From Acidobacteriota bacterium (lineage in GTDB: Bacteria; Acidobacteriota; Thermoanaerobaculia; Gp7-AA8), in assembly GCA_034667465.1 (NCBI GenBank), contig JAXDJV010000010.1:6874-70873 (forward strand): a stretch of DNA of 64,000 nt. The letters run 5' to 3'. Below are positions 9,284 to 18,806 of the stretch, in pieces. A program made the translations under genes and the position numbers. The notes under the pieces were generated by a model that ran no database searches, was not told the origin of the DNA, and worked only from the letters and a program-made list of their open reading frames with translations. Each line of letters opens with the position of its first letter. Positions within the stretch are counted from its first letter, which is position 1.

Positions 9284-10512
9284 CCGTCGCGGTGGAAAGC
9301 GGCGAGCGGACGTTCGCCGATACGTATCTGGGCGACTCGCAGCGCGAGCTCGTCCATCGGACGGCGCGTCTCGCGCAGGAGCGGCTCGCGCCGCGCGCCG
9401 CGCACTACGACCGCACCGCTACGTTTCCACTCGAAGACTTCGATGACATTTTCGCCGCCGGCCTTCACGCGCCGACGGTGCCGCGCGAGCACGGCGGACT
9501 CGGACTCGGCCCGTATCGCGGCGACGTCTTCACGCTCTGGATGATGACGAAGGAGATCGCGAAAGCCGATCTCTCGCTCGCCCGCTGCTGGGAAGGTCAC
9601 GCGAACTCGCTCGTGCTGCTCGACGGCATGGCCACGCCGCAACAGAAAGCGCGCTGGTTCGAAGGAATCGTCGCACGCGGCGAGAAGTGGGTGGCGTGGA
9701 GCGGCGAGCCGCAATCGCGCGCGCCCGGCGACACGCAGAGTTTCGGCACGAGCGTCGAGCGCGTCGAAGGCGGTTACGTCATCGACGGGAAGAAAGCGTT
9801 TTGCACGAGCGCCGGCGGCGCGCGCTGGGCGCTGCTGCTCGTCAACACGGCCGGTCCCGGCGGTGCGCGTCACGCGACGGCTGACGCAGCTGCGACGCTG
9901 TTACTCATCGCGTGCGATCTCGACGACCCATCGATCGGCTTCGACGGCTCGTGGTGGGATCCGATCGGAATGCGTTCGACCGTCAGCCACGTCGCGATCT
10001 TCGATCGGACGTTCATCCCTGAAGAGAATCTCGTCGGTGAGCCGGGCCAGTATCTCCGCGAAGGATGGCAGACCTGTTTCGTGCCGCACTACGCGGCGGC
10101 GTTTCTCGGCGCGGCAGAAGCGGCGTACGACTACGCGCTCGCGCACATCCGTTCGCAAAACAAAGGGGACGATCCGTACGTCCAGCATCACGTCGCGAAG
10201 ATGGCGATGAACGTCGAGACCGCGCATCTCTGGCTGAAGCACGTCGCCGGATTGTGGGAACGCGGCGCGTACGGCGAAGCGCAGGTGGCGGGCAGCCGCG
10301 CGCGGCATCTCGTCGAGCATCTCGCGGTCGAGACCGTCGACCATTGCATCCGCGCGTGCGGCGCGCGTGCACTCAACCGGCCCAGCCCGATGGAACGCGT
10401 CCTTCGCGATCTCGCCATCTACGTGCGGCACGACAACGACGATCAGGTGCTGGCGACGATCGGCAAGTCGATCCTCGGACGCAGTTTCGATTCGTCGTTC
10501 TTCAAGCCCTGA
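9280..10512 (+). CDS. Acyl-CoA dehydrogenase-fold flavoprotein (DszC/SfnG-like monooxygenase possible)
   Basis: ATFPLEDF, IDGKKAFCTSAGG, WWDPIGMRSTVS, GSRAR, MERVLRD motifs of the ACAD fold. Confidence 0.88.
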   Translation: MTVAVESGERTFADTYLGDSQRELVHRTARLAQERLAPRAAHYDRTATFPLEDFDDIFAAGLHAPTVPREHGGLGLGPYRGDVFTLWMMTKEIAKADLSLARCWEGHANSLVLLDGMATPQQKARWFEGIVARGEKWVAWSGEPQSRAPGDTQSFGTSVERVEGGYVIDGKKAFCTSAGGARWALLLVNTAGPGGARHATADAAATLLLIACDLDDPSIGFDGSWWDPIGMRSTVSHVAIFDRTFIPEENLVGEPGQYLREGWQTCFVPHYAAAFLGAAEAAYDYALAHIRSQNKGDDPYVQHHVAKMAMNVETAHLWLKHVAGLWERGAYGEAQVAGSRARHLVEHLAVETVDHCIRACGARALNRPSPMERVLRDLAIYVRHDNDDQVLATIGKSILGRSFDSSFFKP

Positions 10513-10527
10513 GGGAATGGAGACGCC

Positions 10528-11979
10528 ATGTCGAAGCCGGCGCATCGGATCATCTGGGCTTTCGCACTCGGCTACTTCGCGTTCTACGTTCCTTACAGCG
10601 CGATCGTAAAACTGGTCACCGCCGGCGCGCGCAAAGCGAACGGCGTCGGACTGCTGCCGGTCTCGCTGCTGACGACCGTCGTCATGCTGCTGATCATCGT
10701 GACGATGCTCGGCTGGTGGAAGTACGCCGCGTGGCCATCGCGCGCGGTTGTGATCTCCGGCGCCGGCGTGGCGCTCATCATCGCGTCGACGACGCTCGCG
10801 TATACATTCAAAGGGATCTCCGTGATCCTCGCGCTGCTGCTCATGCGCGGCGGCGTCCTGACGATGGCGCCGATCATCGACAGCGTCCTGAAACGACGCG
10901 TCCGCTGGTTCTCGTGGGCCGCGCTCGTGACGAGCCTCATCGCGGTCGGCGTCTCCATCTATCGGACGATCGACCACAGCGTCACCGCGATGGTGCTGCT
11001 TAACCTCGCGGCGTACCTGACCGGCTACGCGCTTCGTTTGCCGTGCATGACGTACGTGGCGAAAGTCGATGATCCCGCGATCACGCGCCGCTACTTCGTC
11101 GGAGAGATTCTCGTCGCCTGCGTGCTCCTGACGATCGTGCCCGCCGTCTTCGCCGTCGGCGGCGTTGGCGCATTGCGCAACGGGTACTTCGATCGCTCGC
11201 TGACGACCGTGATGATCGGTTTCTTCTACGCGTGTCTCTACACCTTCTGCACGCTCATCTATCTCGACCGCCGCGAGAACACGTTCACGATTCCGCTCTT
11301 CTGCGGCTCGAGTCTCCTCGCCGGCATCACAGCGACGTATCTGCTGCATCGGTTCGGCGGTTTCAAGGGCGTGTCGGCCGGCGATCTGACCGGTGCTTCA
11401 ATCATGGTGATCGCGCTGCTGTTCCTTTCGCCGCTGCATCACCTCGACGAATACGTTCGCAACTCGATCCGCCTGGTGCGCGATCCGCGCACGCGCGCCG
11501 AGGTCGTCACGGGAAGCGGTCCGGCCGAAGCGGTCGCGCGTGTGTATCTCTTCGTCTGCAGCGGCAACACCTGCCGCTCGCCGATGGCGGAAGCGATCGC
11601 GAAGGCCGAGAGCGCCGCGCTCGGCGCACGCATTCACATCCGCAGCGCCGGAACGTCGGCGAAAGCAGGCGAGGCGATGACCGCGGAAGCGCGCACGGCG
11701 CTGGAGCTGCTGACGATCAAGCCGCACGACCACGCGTCGCAGCCACTGACGAACGACCTGGTCGACGAAGCGTCGGCGATCTTCTGCATGACGTCGAAGC
11801 ATCGCGATGCGGTTCTGGCGTCGCGTCCGTCGGCGGCCGCGAAGACGTACACGCTGAATCCTGCCGGCGACATCGACGATCCGATCGGCAAACCGCTCGA
11901 CACTTACGTCGATTGTGCGCGCGCGATTCGCGAACACATCCGAGTGCGATTCCGCGAGCTCGGCGCCGGAGTGGCATAA
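10528..11979 (+). CDS. Multi-pass membrane protein (DMT/EamA-like) fused to a low-molecular-weight phosphatase (LMW-PTP/ArsC) domain
   Basis: About 10 hydrophobic segments, then FVCSGNTCRSPMAE (CX5RS P-loop), SAGT and DIDDPIG. Confidence 0.85.
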   Translation: MSKPAHRIIWAFALGYFAFYVPYSAIVKLVTAGARKANGVGLLPVSLLTTVVMLLIIVTMLGWWKYAAWPSRAVVISGAGVALIIASTTLAYTFKGISVILALLLMRGGVLTMAPIIDSVLKRRVRWFSWAALVTSLIAVGVSIYRTIDHSVTAMVLLNLAAYLTGYALRLPCMTYVAKVDDPAITRRYFVGEILVACVLLTIVPAVFAVGGVGALRNGYFDRSLTTVMIGFFYACLYTFCTLIYLDRRENTFTIPLFCGSSLLAGITATYLLHRFGGFKGVSAGDLTGASIMVIALLFLSPLHHLDEYVRNSIRLVRDPRTRAEVVTGSGPAEAVARVYLFVCSGNTCRSPMAEAIAKAESAALGARIHIRSAGTSAKAGEAMTAEARTALELLTIKPHDHASQPLTNDLVDEASAIFCMTSKHRDAVLASRPSAAAKTYTLNPAGDIDDPIGKPLDTYVDCARAIREHIRVRFRELGAGVA

Positions 11980-11982
11980 ACG

Positions 11983-13053
11983 ATGGCGCTCCGCTTTCAC
12001 TGGAGCATGTCGTCAGCCGGCGGAAAGCTTCGCGGCGCGCAGGCTCGCGGAGCGCTGGCCATTCAGTCGCTCGATTCGATGCTGCGATTCGCTCGCCACG
12101 CCGAAGAGTGCGAGATCGAATCGCTGCTGATGGCGTTCGGCTTTCATCGCCCCGATCCCTTCACCGTCGCCGCCGCACTCGGCGCGCTGACGACGCGCAT
12201 CAAGTTCATGGTGGCGATGCGCTCCGGCGTCATGTCGCCGACCTATTTCGTGCAGCAGGTCAACACGGTGGCGATGCTCACCGGCGGCCGCATCTGTCTG
12301 AACATCGTCGCCGGACACACGCCGGACGAGCAGGGTTACTACGGCGATTTTCTCAAGCACGACGAACGCTACGAGCGGACTGACGAGTTCCTCCGCATCT
12401 GCGCCGCGTTCTGGCGCCGCGACGGCGACGTCAACTTCGAAGGACATCACTACCGCGTCGTGAACGGGAAGCTCAATCTCCAGTTCACCGCTCCCGATCG
12501 CAGCGCGCCCGAGATCTACCTCGGCGGCAGTTCCGCGGTCGCCGAACAACAGGCCATCGCGCATGCCGACTGTCTCTGGCGTCTGCCCGACACGCCCGAC
12601 AAACTGCGCGCGCGGACGCTGGAGATCGTCGAGCAGGGGACGGAAGTCGGACTGCTCGTATCGCTGATCGTCCGGCCGACGCACGCGGAAGCCGTTCGCG
12701 CGGCGGAAGCGATCCTCGAAGAGGTCGGACAGCAACCGAAGCGAACGCACGAAGAGTTCGCGCGCCGCTCCGATTCGGTCGCGTTCACGTCGACCTACGC
12801 GCTGGCCGCGCAAAGCGAGTGGCTGACGCCGTATCTCTGGTCGGGCGCCGTGCCGTATCTCGGCGCGCCGGCGATGGCGATCGTCGGATCGCCCGATGAA
12901 GTTGCCAATGCGCTCTTCGATTTTCGCGCCGCCGGCATCACGCAGTTCCTCTTCATGGGCTGGCCGGACATGGAAGAGATGACGAATTTTCATCGCGACG
13001 TCCTGCCGCTCGTGCGGTGCCGCGAGCAGCGCGAAGAGGCGCGTGCGGTATGA
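11983..13053 (+). CDS. Luciferase-like monooxygenase (LLM) family oxidoreductase, SsuD-like
   Basis: ARHAEECEIESLL, KFMVAMRSG, GGRICLNIVAG, HDERYERTDEF, PEIYLGGSS, IVGSPDEVA. Confidence 0.92.
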   Translation: MALRFHWSMSSAGGKLRGAQARGALAIQSLDSMLRFARHAEECEIESLLMAFGFHRPDPFTVAAALGALTTRIKFMVAMRSGVMSPTYFVQQVNTVAMLTGGRICLNIVAGHTPDEQGYYGDFLKHDERYERTDEFLRICAAFWRRDGDVNFEGHHYRVVNGKLNLQFTAPDRSAPEIYLGGSSAVAEQQAIAHADCLWRLPDTPDKLRARTLEIVEQGTEVGLLVSLIVRPTHAEAVRAAEAILEEVGQQPKRTHEEFARRSDSVAFTSTYALAAQSEWLTPYLWSGAVPYLGAPAMAIVGSPDEVANALFDFRAAGITQFLFMGWPDMEEMTNFHRDVLPLVRCREQREEARAV

Positions 13054-13802
13054 ACGGCGTCGTCGATCGCGATCCGTTTCCGCACGTCGTCATCGATCAC
13101 GCGCTCGATGATGATTTGTATCGCGAGCTCGTCGCAACGATGCCGTCGGACGATGAGCTGCTGCGCGGACGCGAGCTCGAAAGCAACATGACCTATCGCA
13201 CGTCCGCGGAGTGGCTGCTGCGCGAAGGGCCGCCGGTCTGGCGCGCGTTCGCGGAAAGACATACGTCGCGTGAGTTCTTCGCGGAGGTCGTGGAGTTGTT
13301 CCGCGACGAGTTGCGAACGTTCGCGGATGCGCGAACGAGCATTCGCTTTGTCGAGCCGTTCGCCGACGTCGCGCTCGACTGTCAGCTGATGTGGGGCTCG
13401 CCGGTGAAGCGCTTGTCGCGTCCGCATCCGGTGCACGTCGATCGCGAATGCGCGCTGTTCGCGGGGCTGCTCTACTTCCGCCGCGATGACGACGATTCGC
13501 GCGGCGGCGATCTCGAGCTCTATCGCTGGCGCGGCGACGCGCGCGCGTACGACGAAGGACGCATCGTTCCGGACAAGCTCGTCGAAAAAGTGAAGACGAT
13601 CGGATACGCCGCGAACCGGCTCGTCCTCTTCCCGCATTCGCCCGACGCGCTGCATGCCGTCTCGCTTCGTTCGCTCACGCCGTACCCGCGCCTCCACGTC
13701 AACTTCCTCGCGGAAACGCAGGAGCCCAATCGTCAGCTGCCACACTCTGCTTCAATGTGGGGGCCGGCGCTCTCGCCGGCCCGCGCCGAGGGCGCCTCAT
13801 GA
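13050..13802 (+). CDS. 2-oxoglutarate/Fe(II)-dependent oxygenase
   Basis: DPFPHVVID N-terminus, HVD (HxD), GGDLELY, NRLVLF, distal LHAV and conserved Arg; start ATG 13050 overlaps the upstream stop. Confidence 0.85.
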   Translation: MNGVVDRDPFPHVVIDHALDDDLYRELVATMPSDDELLRGRELESNMTYRTSAEWLLREGPPVWRAFAERHTSREFFAEVVELFRDELRTFADARTSIRFVEPFADVALDCQLMWGSPVKRLSRPHPVHVDRECALFAGLLYFRRDDDDSRGGDLELYRWRGDARAYDEGRIVPDKLVEKVKTIGYAANRLVLFPHSPDALHAVSLRSLTPYPRLHVNFLAETQEPNRQLPHSASMWGPALSPARAEGAS

Positions 13803-14506
13803 TCGCCATCGACGAAGCCACCGCCGTCATCGTCTGCGCCGGCCCGTCGCTCGAATCGCTTTCCGCGCGCGCCTGGCAACAGCTCGCGAACGCCGGCGCG
13901 ATCGCCGGAGTCAACGGCGCTCCCGCCGCCGATGCGTGCGTTGCGAATGGCGTGAAGTTCACGCTCCTTGCCGCGATGGATGTGCATCGCGGTCTCTTCA
14001 CTCGCGTGCCGCGCCTCGAAAAAATCTGGAACACGACCAGCGCGTGGCGCGTGACGTCCGTCGACGGACCCGACATTCCGGCCGATTCGTACCTCGTCGA
14101 AGTCGATGAAGTCGACGGCGGCGTTTACGGCTGGAGCGACGATCCGAACGAGGGCTACAAAGGCGGCAGCACCGCGATGGTCATAGGCAACTGGCTCGGC
14201 AATCCGTGGCCGGATGGAGACGTTGCATCGCGGCATCCGCGCGGCTTCCGCACGCTCGCGTATGTCGGACTCGACATGCATCGCGACGACGGCCGCCACG
14301 CGCCCGGGGCCGGCCAGCATTCCAGTGGCTTCGCCGATTCGTCCGATCGCTACGCGCGTATCTGCCGCAGCTGGCGATTGTTGTGCGACGAAGCGGCGCG
14401 GCGCGGCATTCGCGTCGTAAACCTGACGCCGGGAACCGCGCTCGCCGAAATGCCGTACGTCGAGGTTCCTGACGAATGGCTCGTGCCGCTGGAGGTCGCG
14501 CGATGA
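13799..14506 (+). CDS. DUF115/Maf-like (CstII sialyltransferase-like fold) protein
   Basis: VIVCAGPSL, GVN, GGSTA and YVGLD motif order typical of this fold. Confidence 0.6.
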   Translation: MIAIDEATAVIVCAGPSLESLSARAWQQLANAGAIAGVNGAPAADACVANGVKFTLLAAMDVHRGLFTRVPRLEKIWNTTSAWRVTSVDGPDIPADSYLVEVDEVDGGVYGWSDDPNEGYKGGSTAMVIGNWLGNPWPDGDVASRHPRGFRTLAYVGLDMHRDDGRHAPGAGQHSSGFADSSDRYARICRSWRLLCDEAARRGIRVVNLTPGTALAEMPYVEVPDEWLVPLEVAR

Positions 14507-15462
14507 GCGGCGACGTCGCCTTCATCGCCTGCATCGAGCGGGGAGAGCTCGAAGAAAAAGCGCTGCTGCTCTGCCGCAGCATCCGCCGCTTCGGCGGTCA
14601 GTACGGCGGCGCGCCGATCTACACCTTCCAGCCGCGCGCAGGCACGACCATCACCGCGAAGACTGCAGCCCGACTCGACGGGCTCGGCGTCCATCACATC
14701 GATGAAGTGCTGAATCGCGACTTCCCGCATTACGCGATCGCGAACAAGATCTTCGCCTCCGCGCGCGCAGAAGAGCTGGTGAGCGAAGAGATCGTGGTGT
14801 TCCTCGATAGTGATTCGCTGATCACATCGGAACCGTCGGATTTTTCGCTTCCGCCGCACATCGACGCGGCCGTTCGTCCCGTCGACATTCATCGCATGCC
14901 CGGCGAACCGGACGATGACGGCGATCCGTTCTGGCGCTCGCACCATCGCCGCATCAGTTCATCCGGCCCCGGCGATCCAATCGACGACTGCTGGCTTCGC
15001 ATGTACGAACTGCTCGGCATCCGGCACGAGCCGTTCGTCGAAACGACCTGCAGCCGCCAGCGCATCCGCTCCTATTTCAATTCCGGACTCATCGCCGTCC
15101 GCCGCTCCGCCGAGCTCTTCACGCAATGGCGCGAGGACTTCCTCGCGCTCTGCGCCGCGAATCTCGTTCCGCGCGGCGGCGAGCTGCACTACATGGATCA
15201 GTTCTCACTCGCCGCGACGCTCACACGCATCTGGCCGCGCGTGCAGATTCTCGATGGCCGCTACAACTATCCGCTGCCCGGCCGCGCCGCGCTCGCTGAG
15301 CCGTTTCGCTCGATGCCGCTCGAAGAGCTCGTGCACGTTCATTACAACCGGTCGCTCCGCATCGCCGATGACCTCGCGACGATTCAGCCGCCGATCGATC
15401 TGCGAGGAAAGGTTGCGCGCTGGCTGGAGCCGCATTTGCCGCTCGTCCTGGAGACCGCATGA
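14503..15462 (+). CDS. GT-A fold glycosyltransferase-like protein (GT8-like)
   Basis: NKIFA, VFLDSD (DxD), YFNSG, MDQ, YNYP, VHVHY pattern. Confidence 0.72.
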   Translation: MSGDVAFIACIERGELEEKALLLCRSIRRFGGQYGGAPIYTFQPRAGTTITAKTAARLDGLGVHHIDEVLNRDFPHYAIANKIFASARAEELVSEEIVVFLDSDSLITSEPSDFSLPPHIDAAVRPVDIHRMPGEPDDDGDPFWRSHHRRISSSGPGDPIDDCWLRMYELLGIRHEPFVETTCSRQRIRSYFNSGLIAVRRSAELFTQWREDFLALCAANLVPRGGELHYMDQFSLAATLTRIWPRVQILDGRYNYPLPGRAALAEPFRSMPLEELVHVHYNRSLRIADDLATIQPPIDLRGKVARWLEPHLPLVLETA

Positions 15463-16223
15463 CACTCTCGAACACGCAACTCGCGCAGATGGCGAGCGAC
15501 GGCTACCTGCTGCTGCCGGCGCTCTTCGACGCCGATGAGGTGGAGCTGCTCCGCGCCGCGGTGCCGGAAGTGATCGTGCGCCGCGGTCCGGAGGTGATCG
15601 GCGAGGACGATGATGCGTCGATGGTGCGGATGATCTTCGCCGCACACGCGTTCAACGAAACGTTCCGCCGCCTGACGCTGCATCCGCGGCTGATCTCGCG
15701 CGTCGAGCAGCTGTTCGGCGAGCCGGCGTATCTCTTTCAGTCGCGCTTCAACGTCAAGTCGAGCTTCCATTCCGCCGGCTGGGCGTGGCACCAGGACTTC
15801 AATCAATGGCATCGGCTCGACGGAATGCAGACGCCGAACGCGATGGCACTCGGCGTGTTCCTCGATGATGTGAATCCGTGCAACGGTCCGGTGATGGTGA
15901 TCCCCGGTTCGCACAAACGCGGTCACATCTTCAATCCCGACGGGATGGAGATTCCGGACGCCGACGTCGCCGCGGCCGCGAACGATCTCGGAATCATCCC
16001 GCTGATGGGACCTCCCGGTTCCGTCGCGCTCTTTCACTCGCTGATCATTCACGGCTCCGCGCCGAACGTCTCGCCGTGGCCGCGCCGCATCTTCTACATG
16101 AACCTCAGCCCGATCTCGAACCGCTCGCTGAGCCCGAAGCGCGAGTGGTTTCACTGCGACCCCGACGGTCCCGCGCTCGTGCCGCTGTCGGATGATTGTC
16201 TGCGTCAGAAGGTGCCGGCATGA
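15459..16223 (+). CDS. Phytanoyl-CoA dioxygenase family Fe(II)/2OG hydroxylase (EctD/proline hydroxylase-like)
   Basis: WAWHQDFNQWH..DGM, NGPVMVIPGSH, GSVALFHS..IHGSAPN..PRR. Confidence 0.9.
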   Translation: MTLSNTQLAQMASDGYLLLPALFDADEVELLRAAVPEVIVRRGPEVIGEDDDASMVRMIFAAHAFNETFRRLTLHPRLISRVEQLFGEPAYLFQSRFNVKSSFHSAGWAWHQDFNQWHRLDGMQTPNAMALGVFLDDVNPCNGPVMVIPGSHKRGHIFNPDGMEIPDADVAAAANDLGIIPLMGPPGSVALFHSLIIHGSAPNVSPWPRRIFYMNLSPISNRSLSPKREWFHCDPDGPALVPLSDDCLRQKVPA

Positions 16224-17539
16224 CGGCAATCGATTCGGCCGCACAACTCGCCATCGACGGCGGCACGCCGATCCGTTCCCGTCCGTTCGCACCTAACTGT
16301 CACATCGGCGGCCGCGAGCGCGAGCTGCTGCTCGACGCGCTCGAAAGCTGCAACTGGTCCGGCTTCCGCGCCGGCGCCGGCGCGAACGTTCTCGAGCTCT
16401 GCGCGACACCATCAGCAATCGCACGCGATCTCAACGACGTGCGTTACCTCGGTGGCCGCTACGTCCGGATGCTCGAGGCGATGTTCGCCGCGCGCGCGCA
16501 GACGACGTTCGCGATCGCCTGCAACTCCGCGACGTCCGGACTCGTGATGGCGTTCGGCGCGATCGGTCTCGAGCCGGGCGATGAAGTGCTCGTGCCGTGC
16601 ATGTCGTTTCACGCGACGGCGACGGCGATCCTCGCGTTTCAGGCGGTGCCGGTGTTCGTCGAGGTCGATCCGCATTCGTTCTGCATCGATCCGCGCGCCG
16701 CCGCGCTGAAGATCACGCCACGCACACGCGCGATCGTCGCCGTCCATCTCGGCGGCGTGCCGGCCGACATGCATGCGATCGTCGACCTTGCACGGCAGCA
16801 TCGCCTGAAGGTGATCGAGGACTGCGCGCAATCGCTCGGCGCACGCATCGACGGCGTCGAGGTCGGCGCCATCGGCGACGCCGGCGTCTACTCGCTGACC
16901 GAAACGAAGAGCATTACCTGTGGCGAAGGAGGCGTCGTCGTCACGAACGACGTGCGCATCGCCACGAAGTGCCGCTTGATCCGCAATCATGGAGAAGGGG
17001 CGGCCGGCGAATCGTGGAGCGATGACGAGCTGGCGAACGTCGTCGGGATGAACTTCCGATTGACGGAACTGCAGGCGGCGGTAGCAGTCGCGCAGTTCGA
17101 GCAACTCGACGATCGCAACGAAGTGCGCAACGAAAACGCGAACGCGCTCATCGAAGGTCTGTCGCAGTTCCCGCAATTCATCCCGCAGCAGCTTGCCGCG
17201 AATGCGGAGCGCGCCTGCTACATGCCGAAGTTTCGTTACGTCGCCGGTCCGTCGATGCCGTCGCGCGATGAGCTCGTGCGCATCCTCGCCGCGGAAGGGA
17301 TCCCGCTCGTCGCCGGCTATCCGCGCCTGCTGCACGAGAATCCGATCTTCTCGCGGCGGATCGCGTACGGCACCGGCGGCGCGCCGTTCCGCGATTCGGT
17401 CGCGCGCTACGGAACGGGAACGTGTCCGCGATCGGAAGCGCTGAATCGCGAGCTGCTCTGGTTTCCGTTCGTCAATCCGCCGAATACGATCGATGACATG
17501 CGCGACGTCGTGCGCGCAATCGAGAAGGTGTTCTCATGA
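16220..17539 (+). CDS. DegT/DnrJ/EryC1/StrS PLP-dependent aminotransferase
   Basis: NSATSGL, GDEV, AVHLGG, IEDCAQS, SLTETKSITCGEGG (PLP Lys), NFRLTELQAAV. Confidence 0.93.
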   Translation: MTAIDSAAQLAIDGGTPIRSRPFAPNCHIGGRERELLLDALESCNWSGFRAGAGANVLELCATPSAIARDLNDVRYLGGRYVRMLEAMFAARAQTTFAIACNSATSGLVMAFGAIGLEPGDEVLVPCMSFHATATAILAFQAVPVFVEVDPHSFCIDPRAAALKITPRTRAIVAVHLGGVPADMHAIVDLARQHRLKVIEDCAQSLGARIDGVEVGAIGDAGVYSLTETKSITCGEGGVVVTNDVRIATKCRLIRNHGEGAAGESWSDDELANVVGMNFRLTELQAAVAVAQFEQLDDRNEVRNENANALIEGLSQFPQFIPQQLAANAERACYMPKFRYVAGPSMPSRDELVRILAAEGIPLVAGYPRLLHENPIFSRRIAYGTGGAPFRDSVARYGTGTCPRSEALNRELLWFPFVNPPNTIDDMRDVVRAIEKVFS

Positions 17540-18270
17540 CCGCGTTCGCGCAGGACGGCGTCCGCTTTCCGATCCGCGTCCTGAGCGACGAGGAGTTGCG
17601 CGCCGCGCAGCAAAATTACGCACGCATCACCGCGACGTACGACGAGCCGCTGAAGCGCTTCGACCGCTCGCATCTCTATTTTCGATGGGCGTACGAGCTC
17701 GCGCGCCATCCGCGTGTCGTCGATGAAGTGGTGTCGCTGATCGGCGACGACGTGATCGTCTGGGGAACGCTGATCCTCTCCAAGCCGCCGCACGATCCGA
17801 GCTTCGTCGCATGGCATCAGGACGGCGCCTACGCCGGCTTCCTGGGCGACGCGCCGAGCGTCTCCGCCTGGATCGCGCTGAGCGACAGCACCATCGAAAG
17901 CGGCTGCATGCGCGTCGTCCCCGGATCGCAAAAGCGGAAGCTCGAGCACGCCGAAACAAACAAGCCGCTGAACATGCTCAATCACGGCCACGAGATCGCG
18001 GTGGAAGTCGACGAAGCGGATGCGGTCGATGTGCAATTGCGAGCGGGCGAGATGTCGCTGCATCACGTCGACATCATTCATGGCAGCAACGCCAATCGCT
18101 CCGACTGGACCCGCACCGGATTCATCGTCCGCTACACGACGCCGGCCATGCTCCGCTCCGTGACGCCGGTCATCGTCGCGCGCGGCCGCGACGTGACGCA
18201 CCTCGAAGTCCACCGCCACCCGCCGCCCGCGGACTTCGAGGAATCGATGGCCGCGTACCGCGCGCGCTGA
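17536..18270 (+). CDS. Phytanoyl-CoA dioxygenase family protein
   Basis: VAWHQD, SAWIAL, GCMRVVPGS, LRAGEMSLHH..IIHGSNAN.S.WTR. Confidence 0.9.
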   Translation: MTAFAQDGVRFPIRVLSDEELRAAQQNYARITATYDEPLKRFDRSHLYFRWAYELARHPRVVDEVVSLIGDDVIVWGTLILSKPPHDPSFVAWHQDGAYAGFLGDAPSVSAWIALSDSTIESGCMRVVPGSQKRKLEHAETNKPLNMLNHGHEIAVEVDEADAVDVQLRAGEMSLHHVDIIHGSNANRSDWTRTGFIVRYTTPAMLRSVTPVIVARGRDVTHLEVHRHPPPADFEESMAAYRAR

Positions 18271-18294
18271 GCGACGCTCTATACTGACGTCGCC

Positions 18295-18534
18295 GTGTCG
18301 AACCTCCGCAAATCCGCCGCGATCCTTTCCATCGCGATCGTTCTCGTATCGGCGCTCGTCGTCTGGCAGGCGGTTGCTGTCGTCCCGCTCGTCCTGCTCT
18401 GCGAGCTCACTTCGGTTCCCACCGCCACCACCTCCCGCCCGGTCGCGAGCATCTCGTTCGCGCGACCCACCCTCCTCGCGCTGGCGACATCCTGCCGCCT
18501 CCCGCGCGCCGGCCTGCCGGCAACCTCCCGCTAA
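18295..18534 (+). CDS. Possible small membrane protein
   Basis: 79-aa ORF with a long hydrophobic N-terminus; no clear RBS or family motif. Confidence 0.3.
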   Translation: MSNLRKSAAILSIAIVLVSALVVWQAVAVVPLVLLCELTSVPTATTSRPVASISFARPTLLALATSCRLPRAGLPATSR

Positions 18535-18572
18535 GCGCTCAGTCCCGCAGTTGCGCTCCGTGGAGGAATCCC

Positions 18573-18755
18573 ATGTCGTGGAAGAAGATGCTTGCCAAAG
18601 CCCTGATCCTTGGATGTCTGGAAATCGGCGCCCTGTCCGGTGTCCCGATCCGCCCCGAAGAAATCGAGGCGGTGATGAAGATGAGTCAGCCCAAAGTGGT
18701 ACACGTAGTCAGGAATGATGAAGGCGACGCGAAGGAGAAGAAGTTGCCGAGGTGA
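18573..18755 (+). CDS. Small hypothetical protein (60 aa)
   Basis: GGAGG RBS at 18562-18566 before the ATG; otherwise empty intergenic space. Confidence 0.6.
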   Translation: MSWKKMLAKALILGCLEIGALSGVPIRPEEIEAVMKMSQPKVVHVVRNDEGDAKEKKLPR

Positions 18756-18806
18756 GGTCGGTCGTAGCGCGGCAGGGGAGAGTCTCTTCCCGCTGGGAGG
18801 CCGGTA

